A stretch of DNA of 64,000 nucleotides from Anolis carolinensis (Eukaryota): NCBI RefSeq assembly GCF_035594765.1, contig NC_085841.1, forward strand, positions 184,063,574-184,127,573, written 5' to 3'. This document shows, piece by piece, positions 52,772 through 64,000 of the stretch. Below the pieces are notes generated by a model, which saw nothing but the letters and a program-made list of their open reading frames with translations, had not been told where the DNA came from and ran no database searches. The position numbers and the translations under genes were made by a program. Position 1 is the stretch's first letter. Each line of letters starts with the position of its first letter.

Positions 52772-54834
52772 TGATGACCGAGGCGCCAGCTTTCAAATTG
52801 ATTTGAACCCGCAGCGGAGAGTTCCGCAGATCCATCACCAAAGGAACGGAGCGGGACCGCAGCAGACTATTGTTAAAAGATCTTTTTTTCTTCACTTTCC
52901 CCTTCCCTGAACTATGTAACAAATCCCCCAATAAAAGTAGCATTCATTTTTAACAGTAACACTCTCTACCTGGTTATGTTGTGTCTTTCCCTGACTCCTT
53001 CTTTTGCACGCAATCTCTCTCTCTCTCTCTATCTAACACGTCCGTCCTTTTAACTCTGGCTGAGGCTCCTCCGCCATAGATTAATACGGCGGGCGATACA
53101 AATTGGCTCATATCTTTACCAAAATTACCCCTAGCACACTCCTCTTTTAGTCCTAACCCTTCCTAAGGCTCCTGACTCAAGGACCACCAGCGGAACCAAA
53201 ATCGGTCCAGTTCTCGGCACCTCATCAGCTGACTGTCAAACGGAACCGACTGCTCTTTTCAAGCCGGACTGCTCTCTTCCAGCCTTATCCCGGACTTTCC
53301 TCTCCCCGCGACCCGCGGGATGGTTTTTCAGAGATCACTGGTCCCTTTCTGCGAACTGTGGATGGGGGATCGCTCTCCCGCTGGGGAGACATAGTTCTCC
53401 AAGGACCTTCACCCTCTCTACAGCTGCCAGGAGGGTGCCTGGACGGGCGCCCTCCACGTTTCATTCATACCTTCATAATTTTATGAATGAGAGGGACACT
53501 CTTCCCAGACCTACCCCATAACTTATGAAATCCTATATTTCCAAAGACTGCAACCCACATGTACCTCTTCCCCATGCTATTTCTATGAATTCCTTCCACC
53601 ACAGATGAACTCTTTTCCCAATGTATCCGTGAATTTTCATATTCTATGTACCTGGACACCCTCATGAATCACTGTTGTATGAATTTCTAATCGTTGGGCT
53701 AACTTCATGAATTGTGAAATCATGCTGCTAAAACTCCACTTTTATGAATTTCCATATTGGGTTCCCCAGATGTTGTGAACCTCGTTCTTATCAAATGTTT
53801 TCAATTGTTTATATCATTCATGATTCCCCTTTATGCAATGTAACCCACCTTTATGGATTCTCCCTTATTTCCTTGAAATCTATCTATCTGCCTATATGTA
53901 TTTGTACTCTTTGGGATCCCCGGAAAATATGTATTTTTCCCAGCACGGTTTATATTCCAACTTTATTTTATTTTTCATTTTATTTCATATAATTGTCAAA
54001 TCATGAAATCAAATAGGAAATATTTTGGACTCAACCTGAACCCCAGATCCTATGACCCAGGCTTCCCTTCCCAAAAACAAAAGGATAATCCGCCACCGCT
54101 TAACCCAATCAAATTCAGATTGCATGGACAATACAGGGTTTGAGTCGCCGAATTCGGAGTATTGACCTAAAGGTGATTCGCCCCCAAGGCAAACATTGTC
54201 ATATCTCCTCCAAAAGAAAATCCAGGACACCTCAGGAAGGCGCCCTGTAGAGCTTGTCAATTATGGCCCATCACCACCCCAAGGCATATCTGAAATCTGT
54301 ATACGTGACAGGAACTCTTGATTGCTGTCATTAATCCCTTTAGAAATCGGCCGGGCAGGAATTAATCCGATCTTTCCTGCTCAGTCACTTCATTGTTTCA
54401 GTAACTCCCGCCTTCTCCTCCCTGATTGGCTCGAGTGGGGACAAAAAGCAGCTCCCTATTGGGCCAACAGAGCAAGGCGGGAAACGAAAGCCCGCCTCGT
54501 TCAACCTTCTAGCCTACCAGCGATCAGATGGGCGGGGGAGTGGGGCGGGAAATTCAAAGGGCTGTCAGACTGAAACTTTGTATAAATATGGCTTTATTTT
54601 GGTTATGTGGTACCCTAGTAGACTGAATGATCACTACTAGAGTCCTTTTCAGTTGAATCGCTCAATAAAGACTCCTTGGCGGATTTTCCTTCAACTTTGG
54701 CGGACCTTCTTCATTTCGGCTTCAGGTTGTATTGCGGCTCATATTTTCCTATTGGCTCCGCCAAGGTCCGTTCTCTCAGGACCGGGTCGGGTCTCTCCTT
54801 AAGGGCCCGATCCCCTAAAACGCGGTCGACAACA
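52772..54834 (+). mobile_element. Solo LTR (~2.06 kb; ERV1/Gypsy-type 4-bp TSD) inserted in the Helitron helicase
   Basis: TG...CA termini, GGAA TSD; removal restores [16 protein letters not shown]; CCAAT, GC box, TATAAA (~54581) and AATAAA (~54664) near the 3' end; no long ORF. Confidence 0.85.
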
Positions 54835-57703
54835 GGAAGGGGCAGGGTGAGGATGTGTTCATTCCTCGCATTCCCCTGATCCCATCAGATTTGCCCTTTC
54901 GTTTTAAGAGACTGCAGTTCCCCGTGAGGCTGGCATTCGGGATCACCATCAACAAGGCACAGGGCCAGTCAATCAAATACTGTGGGATTAACTTGCAGTC
55001 ACCGTGTTTTTCCCATGGACAGTTATATGTGGCATGTTCTAGAGTAGGTTCCTCAAATAATTTGTTTGTTTATGCGCCGGGGGGGGGGGGGGGGAACCAA
55101 AAATGTTGTTTATAAACAGGTTTTACAATGAACTCACTGTTCTGCCATGTTGATGTGTTTAAAAGTTGTATTTTTTCATTCTTCCAGAGGTTCTCAATAA
55201 CAACAGTGAATTTCCATATAAAAGGGAAGATTAAACAATAAAATGTTTTTTACTCCTCACTGATTGACTCATTCCTACAACTGTAAATTGGAAAAAATTC
55301 TACTACATAATATTAGAAAAGGCATTACCGGGTAAGTACATAGATAGGTTGATCTTGGGTTGATGGAAGTAACACCACATCAGCTATACAAATGTATAAA
55401 TAGTTCTGTTTATATGGTTATGCATTTTCTAATATGTTTATTCTTAAAATCCAAAATCCAACAATGACTATTTCTAATATATATCCTTACCAAATGAACC
55501 CAGGCAATGTCAGGTACTTAGGCAACATGATGTTGTCCATCTACAACCTTATGCATTTTATTAATGGAATAATTCATTTAAAATAAATTAATTCATTTAA
55601 AATAAATTAAAATCCACATTTCAAATAACCCAGGTTCCAAGCAGGTATAGTAATAAAAGTCAGTGTTTGTGTATGTGTGTGTGTGTGTGTGTATGTATGT
55701 ATGCGGCGGTGTATATTTCCACCCTGGGATCTGACTACCACAGACCACTGCAACCCCCCACAAAAGATGCATCTGGAGCAGTTTGGACAAGGATGGACCA
55801 CGGATGAAGGAATTTGCAGTACCATCACCTGCTTTACAGACCACACAACCCCCACCAATGACAGACCAGGACCAAGCCTGGAACACAAACTCCCTATGAC
55901 TTTCAACCCTGGAGTAGTTTAGTGAAGGATGGAACATGGATGATAGGATCTGAAGTACCTTCACCCACATCCAGAGACAATTCCTAACCCCCTCAGTCAT
56001 GTATCTGTACCAAACATGGCACAGACCCCCATGACTCTTCTTATATACTGCTGAGGTTTTTGGGAGGATTGACCACAGACGATGGGATTTCCAGTACCTT
56101 CAGCCCCATCCAGAGATTACTGCAAACCCCATTGACCATAGATCTGCATCAATGGCCCCATTCATAATATCCAAAACAACTCAATGTCCGCTAACAATAA
56201 CCCGGGCACCGCCGGGTCCCCAAGCTAGTATCAAATAAACGAAAGTAAATTTGAACATGACACCTTTCTGCAATTGGTGGTGTTGGAGTGAAATTGTGAA
56301 TTAAAAATAGGTTTCAAATATGGGAAATCATTCAGTCATTAATTTTGGCATTCTTCATTATGGAGAAAAGAAAACCCTTGTAAAATGCTTCTTAAGGGGC
56401 AGTTGCTTTTTCTAAAGTGCAGTGATATGAACAGGAATTTATAACCTTGTGTACTGACATAAAAGCTCTTTTGACTGGCTATGGAAAACAGCACTTCATT
56501 TAGGACAACATTATGAATATTCATCAAGAATGATTTCCAAATAACAAAAAAATCAACATAAAATAAGTCATGATTTTTTTTGTTTTTTATTTTTTTCCCA
56601 ACAGCATATACAATTAAACATTTTGAGAACCATAAAAAGAGGAAATGTTGATGTTGTAGTACAGTTTACACGTAAAATAATTAAGAATGTTGGCATGAAT
56701 ATTTCTAATGAAAACCTTTTACCCATATACGTATGTGTCCTTTCCTAATTAGCTTTGTATTAGGCAGAGAGCAAAATAAGGTATTATTAGAAATTATTTC
56801 GATCTCCTTTGCTCATAAATCTGTGCTTTTTCTAATTGCCTTGACAGATTGAAAAAACAGCTTTCTAATATCTGTGCTTTCAATTTAAAATGGGAACCCT
56901 ATAGGTAATCTAGTCTCACCCTCTTTTTATCAAACAGAAATGTAAAATCACAGCCCTATCACTGGGATTGGGTGCTACTGCGAAGTATACCTTGTTATTT
57001 AGGCTATAAAGTCCTGGCTATTTTAAAAATGTGAACCCACTTTGTACTTTTACTATTTAAAGCTTTTCCTTAGCTTTGAACCAAAGCCCGTTACAGCCAA
57101 CTATTAAATCATTCTAATTTTCTAGTTTTTGTTCAGAATCCTTGCAACTAGATATCTATAATTTGTATTATATAATTTAAAATAATGTTATAGATTTTTG
57201 TTCTACAATGTGACGTTCACATTTGTCTTCAATGACCAGTGATAGCCAAAGAGGAAAGTTGACATCTGAAATTTTACAGTGGTTGCTTCTGCAACCAAAC
57301 CTCAATGGATACTAAGGGCCTGCTCTATCTCCAAATGTCAACTTTCATTTAATTCCACTTTTGTGGAGGAAAAACTGTCTTTTATCATTCCTTTTAGAAG
57401 AATGGACACAACACATGGAGGTGTGTTGTCTTTATATTTTGGAGGTAAAGTCGATTGCCAAAACTTTTCATTGCTGCTATGGTGAAAAGAGAGGCTGAAT
57501 CAATTTTGTTTTATGTTCTTTTGCTACTAGAAACCTCTCATCAGCCTTTGATACCGTCAACCATCAAGGCAACAGACCCCCTCCTTGGCCCACACGTTTT
57601 AAAAATTACTGGATAAGTTGTGAATAAAGTATAGATTTGGGTGATTGTTCTGTTACAGTTCTGTTAGTTGTGGTCTACTTTTAGATAATATCAAGAAAAA
57701 AAC

Positions 57704-58262
57704 AGGGTTGGGTTGCTGAGTTTTTCAGGCTATATGGCCATGTTCCAGAAGCATTTTCTCCTGATATTTCACCCACATCTATGGCAAGCATCCTCAGAGG
57801 TGTGAGGTCTGTTGGAAACTAGGCAAGTGGGATTTGTATGTTTGTGGAATGTTCAGGGTGGGAGAAAGAACTCTTGTCTGTTTGAGGCAAGTGTGAATAA
57901 TGCAATTGGCCACCTTGATTAGCACTGGATACCCTTTCAGCTTCAAGATTTGGCTGCTTCCTGCCTGGGGGAATCCTTTGTTGGGAGGTGATCGCTGGCC
58001 CAGATTGTTTCCTGTCTGGAATTCCCGTTTTCAGAGTATTGTTCTTTATTTACTGTTCTGATTTTAGAGTTTTTTTTAATATTGGTAGCCAGATTTTGTT
58101 CATTTTAATGGTTTCCTCCTTTCTGTTGAAATTGTCCACATGCTTGTGGATTTCAATGACTTCTCTGTATAGTCTGACATGGTGGTTGTTAGAGTGGACC
58201 AGCATTTCTGTGTTCTCAAATAATACATTGTGCTCAGGTTGGTTCAAGTGCATTGCTATAGC
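57704..58262 (-). mobile_element. 5'-truncated Penelope element with GIY-YIG endonuclease C-terminus
   Basis: Peptide ...HVRLYREVIEIHKHVDNFNRKEE...; near-intact hammerhead motif at about 57760-57800. Confidence 0.85.
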
Positions 58263-58267
58263 TTACT

Positions 58268-58757
58268 TAGAATCATAGAGTTGGAAGAGACCTCATAAGC
58301 CATCCAGTCCAACCTCCTGCCAAGAAGCAGGAAAATCACATTCTAAGCACCCCTGACAGATGGCCATCCAGCCTCTGCTTATAAAAGCCTCCAAAAAGGA
58401 GCCTCCACCACAGTCCAGGGCAGAGAGTTCCACTGCTGAACAGCTCTCTCACACAGTGAGGAAGTTCTTCCTAATGTTCAGGTGGAATCTCCTTTCCTGT
58501 AGTTTGAAGCCGTTGTTCCATGTCCTAGTCTCCAGGGCAGCACAAAACAATCTTGCTCCCCCCCTCCCTATGACTTCCCCTCACATATTGATACATGACC
58601 CTCATTATGTCTCCTCTCAGCCTTCTCTCCTGCAGGCTAAACATGACCAGCTCCTTAAGCCGCTGATCATAGGGCTTGTTCTGCAGACCCTATGAGGAGC
58701 GGCTTAAGGAGCTGGGCATATTTAGCCTGCAGAAGAGAAGGCTGAGAGGAGACATGA
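58268..58757 (-). mobile_element. CR1 3' fragment with a fold-back at its 5' end
   Basis: CR1 tail near 58270; 58688-58755 is the reverse complement of 58607-58675. Confidence 0.85.
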
Positions 58758-59139
58758 TAAACAAACTTCTCTGGTGGAGTTAGTCTGCAGTGCCTTTCAT
58801 GTTCCTTGATTCGTGTTTGGGCAATACTGCTGCATTTGGTGGTCCCTATGTAGACTTGTCCACAATTGCACGGTATATGGTAGACTCTGCAGAGGTGAGA
58901 GAATCCATCGTCTTTTGCTGAATTGTAGCATTTGCTGGATTTTCTTAGTTGGCCTGTATATAGTTTGTAGGTTGCGTTTTTATGCGGGCATATTGTCTTT
59001 GCTTTCTCTCTTTTCCTCAGTATATGTGTGTTAGTTTTCTATTTCTGTACTTTTGACCACAAATTAACGTTTAAAAAGGAATAGACGTTAGCAATTATTG
59101 TAATGTGTGGAGCAATCGCCACAGGGCTGCCTGAAAAGG

Positions 59140-60400
59140 TTCACCCAATCCATCTCTCCTTTGAAAAGACCGCCTTCCCTTCCTCGCCCCGCCTCCTTCT
59201 TCACTTGGCGGGCAGAAGCGCGCGACTGCCAACCGTCACCATCCAGCCAGCATTAGGATCCGCCCCTGCCTCCCTGATTGGTCGAACCCTCTCAAAGGGG
59301 GCGGGGAAAAGCCGTTTGAAATTCAGCCTCCCGCAGCAGCTGTCGCCGAGGAACCCAATGGCAGTGCTGTGTACGGCGGGAAGGAAAAAGAATTGCGCAT
59401 GCGCAAACCGACTCTTTCCTTTGTACTTGTTTATTTTCCATTCTCGGTCCCCAGCAGTTGTTTAGAAGCGTGACTGGGGTGTCAGAAGCGCCTCTTTCTC
59501 TTTTCATAGAAACCAGAGATTGCTAGAGCCAGGACCCAGCCATTCAGAGCAAATGCCATTTTTTCCCCAGTGGCAAAAAGTGAGAGGTGCCTCTAGAATG
59601 AAGTAGTGTCGAACTACATGACTTGTACACTGTAGACGCACCCACAGTCAATGCAGCAGACAGCTACTCAGGCCCCTTCCACACAGCTGAATAAAATCCC
59701 ACATTCTCTTGCTTTGAACTGGGATACATGGCAGTTTGGACTGGGGTAACACAGCCCTGTAAACCAGAATATCAAAGCAGAGAATCACAATATTTGCTTT
59801 GAACTGGGTTATCTGAGTCCACACTGACATATATCCCAGTTCAAAGAAGATTATGTGGGAGTTTATTCAGCTGTGTGGAAGGAGCACCAGTTCAAAGCAG
59901 ATATTGTGGGATTCTCTGCCTTGATATTCTGGGTTATAAGACAGTATGGAAGGGCCCTCCTTTTGTCCCATTCTGTCAAGTTGCAAGAAAGAGGGGAGAT
60001 GTATACCTCCGCGGGTGAGGGGTGGGCCGTGCAGACCTGTGCCTGATCTTATTGGTCCGTCGAAATGCCAATTCGGTAACAGCTGGCGCAAAAGCGAGGG
60101 GGGGGGGGGAATGAGGAAAGCGTAGGTTTGGGCTCGCTTTCCGATTGGGCGGGAAGTTGAGACGGAGGCGGAGACTCGAGGAACGCCATTGGCTGAAAGT
60201 TTTGGCCTCAGGTGGCTGTGCAACGGTTGGGACCTGAGAGCCAGAGGCGGCTTCCGTCTCCCGGCATGGAGCAAGGAGGGAGGCCGAGCGAGGAAGAAGA
60301 GGAGGAAGGCGAAGGCAGCAGTCCTCCGGAGGTGCGCCCTTTCCTCCTGGGTCTGGTGGTGGTCGCGGGAGGGCTGCGGGGAAGGAAGCGGGGCCCCTCA
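59140..60400 (+). promoter_or_regulatory. CpG-rich, cell-cycle-type promoter region (two GC blocks split by MITEs)
   Basis: Several CCAAT boxes, E2F-like GGCGGGAA and TGGCGCAAA, CHR TTTGAA at 59315-59320, perfect NRF1 palindrome at 59394-59405. Confidence 0.7.
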
Positions 60401-62037
60401 TACAGCACTATGCTCCCATTTGACTGACGAGTTGGCATTCTGTGGAGTCCTAAGAGCGATAAATGGGCCAGAGGCACCAGAGGAAAGTCTGAAACTGCAA
60501 ACCCCAGGATTCCATTGGCTGTTGCCATGGTAGCTACAGTAGAACTATAGCAGTATAATGGCACAATGTGAAAGCACGCTGTCTCTTCCTCCAGTGAACT
60601 CAGGGCACCAGCGGATTAGATTAGATTAGAGTTCAAGTTGAAGAGATCCCCGAGGTCCATCTAGGGCCCTTCCACACAGCCCTATATCCCAGAATATCAA
60701 GGCAGAAAACGCCACATTATCAGCCTTGGACTGGAATATATGGCAGTGTGGACTCAGATAACCCAGTTCAAAGCAGATATTGTGGGATTTCTGCCTTGAT
60801 ATTCTGGGATATAGGGCTGTGGTGAAGGGCCCTTAGGCCAACCCTCTTCTACCAGGCACAAACACAATCAAAGGACCCCTGACAGATGGCCACCCAGGGC
60901 CCTTCCACACAGCCATATATCCCAGAATATCAATGCAGATAATCCACAAGGTCTGCTTTGAACAGGAATATTTGAATCCACACTGCCGTATAACCCAATT
61001 CAAAGCACATAATGTGAGATTTGATAAAGTTGTGTGGAAAGGTCCCCAGCCTCTGCTTCAAAACCTCCAGAGAAGGAGACTATCACATTCTGAGGCCCCT
61101 TCTACACAGCTGAATAAAATCTCACAATATTTGCTTTGAACTGGAATATAGGGCAGTGTGGACTCATAACCCAGTTCAAAGCAAGTATTGTGGGATTTCC
61201 TGCCTTGATATTCTGGGTTTTATGGCTGTGTGGAAGGGCCTCCAGAATATCAAGGATGATAATCCATAATACAGTAGAGTCTCGCTTATCCAACGTTCTG
61301 GATTATCCAACGCATTTTTGTAGTCAATGTTTTCAATACATCATGATATTTTGGTGCTAAATTCGTAAATACAGTAATTACTACATAGCATTACTGCTAT
61401 TTTTTCTGTCAAATTCGTTGTATAACATGATGTTTGGGTGCTTAATTTGTAAAATCATAACCCAATTTGATGTTTAATTCGCTTTTCCTTAATCCCTCCT
61501 TATTATCCAACATATTCGCTTATCCAACATTCTGCCGGCCCGTTTATGTTGGATAAGTGAGACTCTATTGTATCTGTTTTGTACTGTACTGGAGTTTCTG
61601 AGTCCACACTGCCATATGACCCAGTCCAAAGCAGATAATGTGGGATTTTATACAGCTGTGTGGAAGGGGCCTGGATTATAGGACAGTATAGACTCAGATA
61701 ATCCAGTTCAAAGATGATAATGTGGATTATCTTTGATAATCTGGATTATGTGGTTGTGTGGAAAGGCCCTTAGGCCCCTTCCACACTGCTGCTATATCAC
61801 AGGATCTGATCCTAGGTTATCTGCTTTGAACCGGATTATATGAGGCTCCACTGCCAGATCATCTAGGATAAGCAAATAATCTGGGATCAAATCCTGGGAT
61901 ATAGGGGCGCAGCCATATAACCCAGAATAGCAAGGCAGATAATCCACGATATCTGCTTTGAACTTGATTATCTGAGTCCACACTGCCATTTAATCCAGTT
62001 CAATGTGGATTTTATACAGCTGTGTGGAAGGGGCCTT
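59669..62037. mobile_element. Cluster of palindromic Harbinger-like MITEs (other copies near 24.3, 27.7, 29.9, 34.2, 34.6, 38.0 kb)
   Basis: GGCCCCTTC(C/T)ACAC TIRs with internal CCAGTTCAAAGCAGAT repeats; interspersed with unique sequence. Confidence 0.7.
60266..60331 (+). CDS. Candidate first coding exon of an unidentified plus-strand gene (MEQGGRPSEEEEEEGEGSSPPE)
   Basis: Strong Kozak GGCATGG in a CpG island; GAG|GTGCGC donor; no downstream exon confirmed. Confidence 0.4.
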
Positions 62038-63679
62038 AGTTTCCTACTTATTCCATTCTCCTTATTTCCTGGCCTCTCCTCCCCCCCCCCCCCTCCTCTG
62101 GTAACATTTGTGATTCAATTTCAGCTTTTATTTACTTGTTGGATCATGAGTATGGTCTGATTTAGTTCCTTGTGTTTTCTTTTTCCCTTCACTTTGGCTA
62201 TCAGTTCTTTCCAAATCGAGACCCAGTTCCCCATAGGATATCCGTTTGTTTATTTATTTATTTTCCTTTCAATGATATAATCCTAGAGCATATAGTCAGC
62301 TAAATATTTGAACTATTTTTTTATTTCCCATTTTTGTCATATTGCAGTGTTGGGCAGCCTGTACCATCAGGAAATTCTGTTCAATAGTGTTCAAGTGGAA
62401 TCTGTCTCCTTGTAGTTCTTAGTTATTAAACATGCCAGTTCCAGTATCAGACTAGAGCTGAAAGAGTGGGCAAAGGGTCTGCATCCCATCTGAAATCCTG
62501 TTACTACGTCCTGAAGGATTCTGGGGCTTGTAGTTTAGGGGAGGAGCTCTTGAAATGGTCAGCCATAGAAGTCCTGAGTCTCACTAAACTACAAGTGCCA
62601 GAGTCCTGCAGGAGGCAGCCACAGGATTTCAGATGGGATAAATACACTTGACCTACTCCGTCAGCTCTAGTGTGTTAAGGCACCAGATGACTGTTAGCCA
62701 GCCCTCAATTACCCCTTCCAAGCTCTATCCACTTTGCCTGACTTTTCAGAGGATGTATCAAGGAGGAGAGCCATGTCTATTGCCATGGTATGGGAGTGCT
62801 TATAATAATGTTGCTCTAGCCAGGGGCCTCTTGGTATGTTCTGTGGTTTGGTTTTAGGGCTTCCCACAGATACCAAAAGATCTGAAACTGTTATACACAT
62901 AAGTGTTCTTTATGTAAAATAGCAACATTAAGGATTGTCTTGGATTTCAGCCAGATTACTTTCAAAACTTCATTTCAAAACTATTGCTTGGTTGAGTCCA
63001 TGGATATACAGGCTGTTATGGACCCAGTTTCAAAGCAGTATATTTAAAGATGGCTGTGTATTACAAGTACACAAAAATTACAAATGGTTTAATAAACTCT
63101 GTCAGGTTTTACTAACCATTTAGAGTCACAAATCTTCAAAAAAAACACACCCCTCCACAAATGGAGAATTTCTCTCTAGGCCTTACGTTCAAGGGTCTCT
63201 TCTTGTGAATGATTGAGGCTAAGGGCTATTTGTGTATTTGGAGAGGCATCTAATGGTAAATCTTCAAAACTCTATGCCTCATCTTTTCAAGGAGTAAAGG
63301 TTTCAATTGTGGGCTGTTAGTGGTTGCAGAGATATAGTGATTTCAAATCGGATCCATCTTTTAAAAAAAAATCCTGTAAAATCCATAGTTATGCAGGTCT
63401 GACAATACAGGGCTCTCTTGCTTATAGCTTTCATTTCTCAGCAACTTGTGATAGTTTACCTTTGATGTGTTTTAGCAAGATGTCCCAAACCCGTCATACT
63501 AACATGTGTACCAGACCCTCATAAGAAGCTGACTGCTCTGAGCAAGTACGTCTAGTGGTGCATCTTGTCCAATATTGTTGTGGCTTCAGAAGCTCTTCAG
63601 ATAAATATTTCAATTGTGTACTACCACCAGGAATGATATATGTGGCTTCTTCTTTTCAATATCATTAGATGATGGTTAT

Positions 63680-63993
63680 GGAGCTTCCGGTGGCTCAGTG
63701 TGTTAAAGCGCTGAGCTGCTGAACTTGCAGACCGAAAGATCCCAGGTTCAAATCCCGGGAGCGGAGTGAGCGCCCGCAGTTTCTCCAGCTTCTGCCAACC
63801 TAGCAGTTCGAAAACATGCCAATGTGAATAGATCAATAGGTACTGCTCCAGCGGGAAGGCAATGGCGCTCCATGCATGACCTTGGAGGTGTCTACGGACA
63901 ACGCCGGCTCTTTGGCTTAGAAATGGAGATGAGCACCAACCCCCAGAGTCGGACATGACTGGACTTAACGTCAGGAGAAACCTTTACCTTTAC
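63680..63993 (+). mobile_element. Sauria SINE
   Basis: A/B boxes, (ACCTTT)n tail, flanking TAGATGA repeat. Confidence 0.85.
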
Positions 63994-64000
63994 TAGATGA

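Larger units (their letters stand above)
48217..55130 (+). pseudogene. Helitron RepHel transposase: STPR-like repeats, Zn finger, HUH Rep, PIF1-family SF1B helicase; disrupted
   Basis: Rep motifs PDLFITFTCNP, EWQKRGLPHPH, YICKYVNKG; helicase [47 protein letters not shown]; stops at 51319 and 51580, frameshift near 52147, LTR insertion 52772-54834. Confidence 0.95.
46034..56228 (+). mobile_element. Helitron, formerly autonomous (RepHel decayed, interrupted by a solo LTR)
   Basis: 5' TCTATATATATAATAAAA; 3' hairpin CCCGG-gcaccg-CCGGG then CTAG followed by T; internal RepHel ORF. Confidence 0.93.

Noticed and set aside
43079-54834. 2-kb inverted repeats as TIRs of one giant (Polinton-like) element carrying Rep
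   Set aside because: Each repeat has its own distinct 4-bp TSD, and one splits the helicase coding sequence
48217-55130. RepHel as an active or domesticated transposase
   Set aside because: Two in-frame stops, a frameshift, an HPH in the HUH motif and an LTR insertion; only the 1034-aa part is open, and nothing here shows selection
60266-60331. FH or PCNT exon 1
   Set aside because: Peptide resembles neither recalled N-terminus; left unassigned
63476-63545. Second exon of the plus-strand gene
   Set aside because: AG/GT-bounded, but has a stop in the phase required by donor 60331

Overview
Vertebrate (squamate, Anolis-like) genomic DNA, judged from Sauria SINEs, CR1, RTE, Penelope and MITE repeats. 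Two spliced genes lie in tandem on the minus strand: kynurenine 3-monooxygenase (KMO, coding exons 1-8, running off the left edge) and a complete 8-exon C21orf58/DUF4587-like gene (about 291 aa). A cell-cycle-type CpG promoter with a candidate first coding exon sits at 59.1-60.4 kb; its gene is unidentified (PCNT is the human neighbour of C21orf58). The 41.2-56.2 kb block is a head-to-tail Helitron dimer: a deleted non-autonomous copy followed by a formerly autonomous copy. The second copy encodes a decayed RepHel with eight 23-aa STPR-like repeats, a zinc finger, an HUH Rep domain and a PIF1 helicase, and is preceded by an array of homologous ~124-nt exon-like cassettes. Two independent, oppositely oriented ~2.1-kb solo-LTR insertions sit inside the dimer. 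KMO intron 2 holds a cluster of Penelope 3' ends with minimal hammerhead ribozyme motifs, an assembly gap, a CpG-promoter-like fragment and a GC-rich tandem array of acceptor-plus-ORF units in KMO sense orientation. All calls were made by eye and from recalled sequences, with no database search; repeat boundaries are approximate unless TSDs are given.
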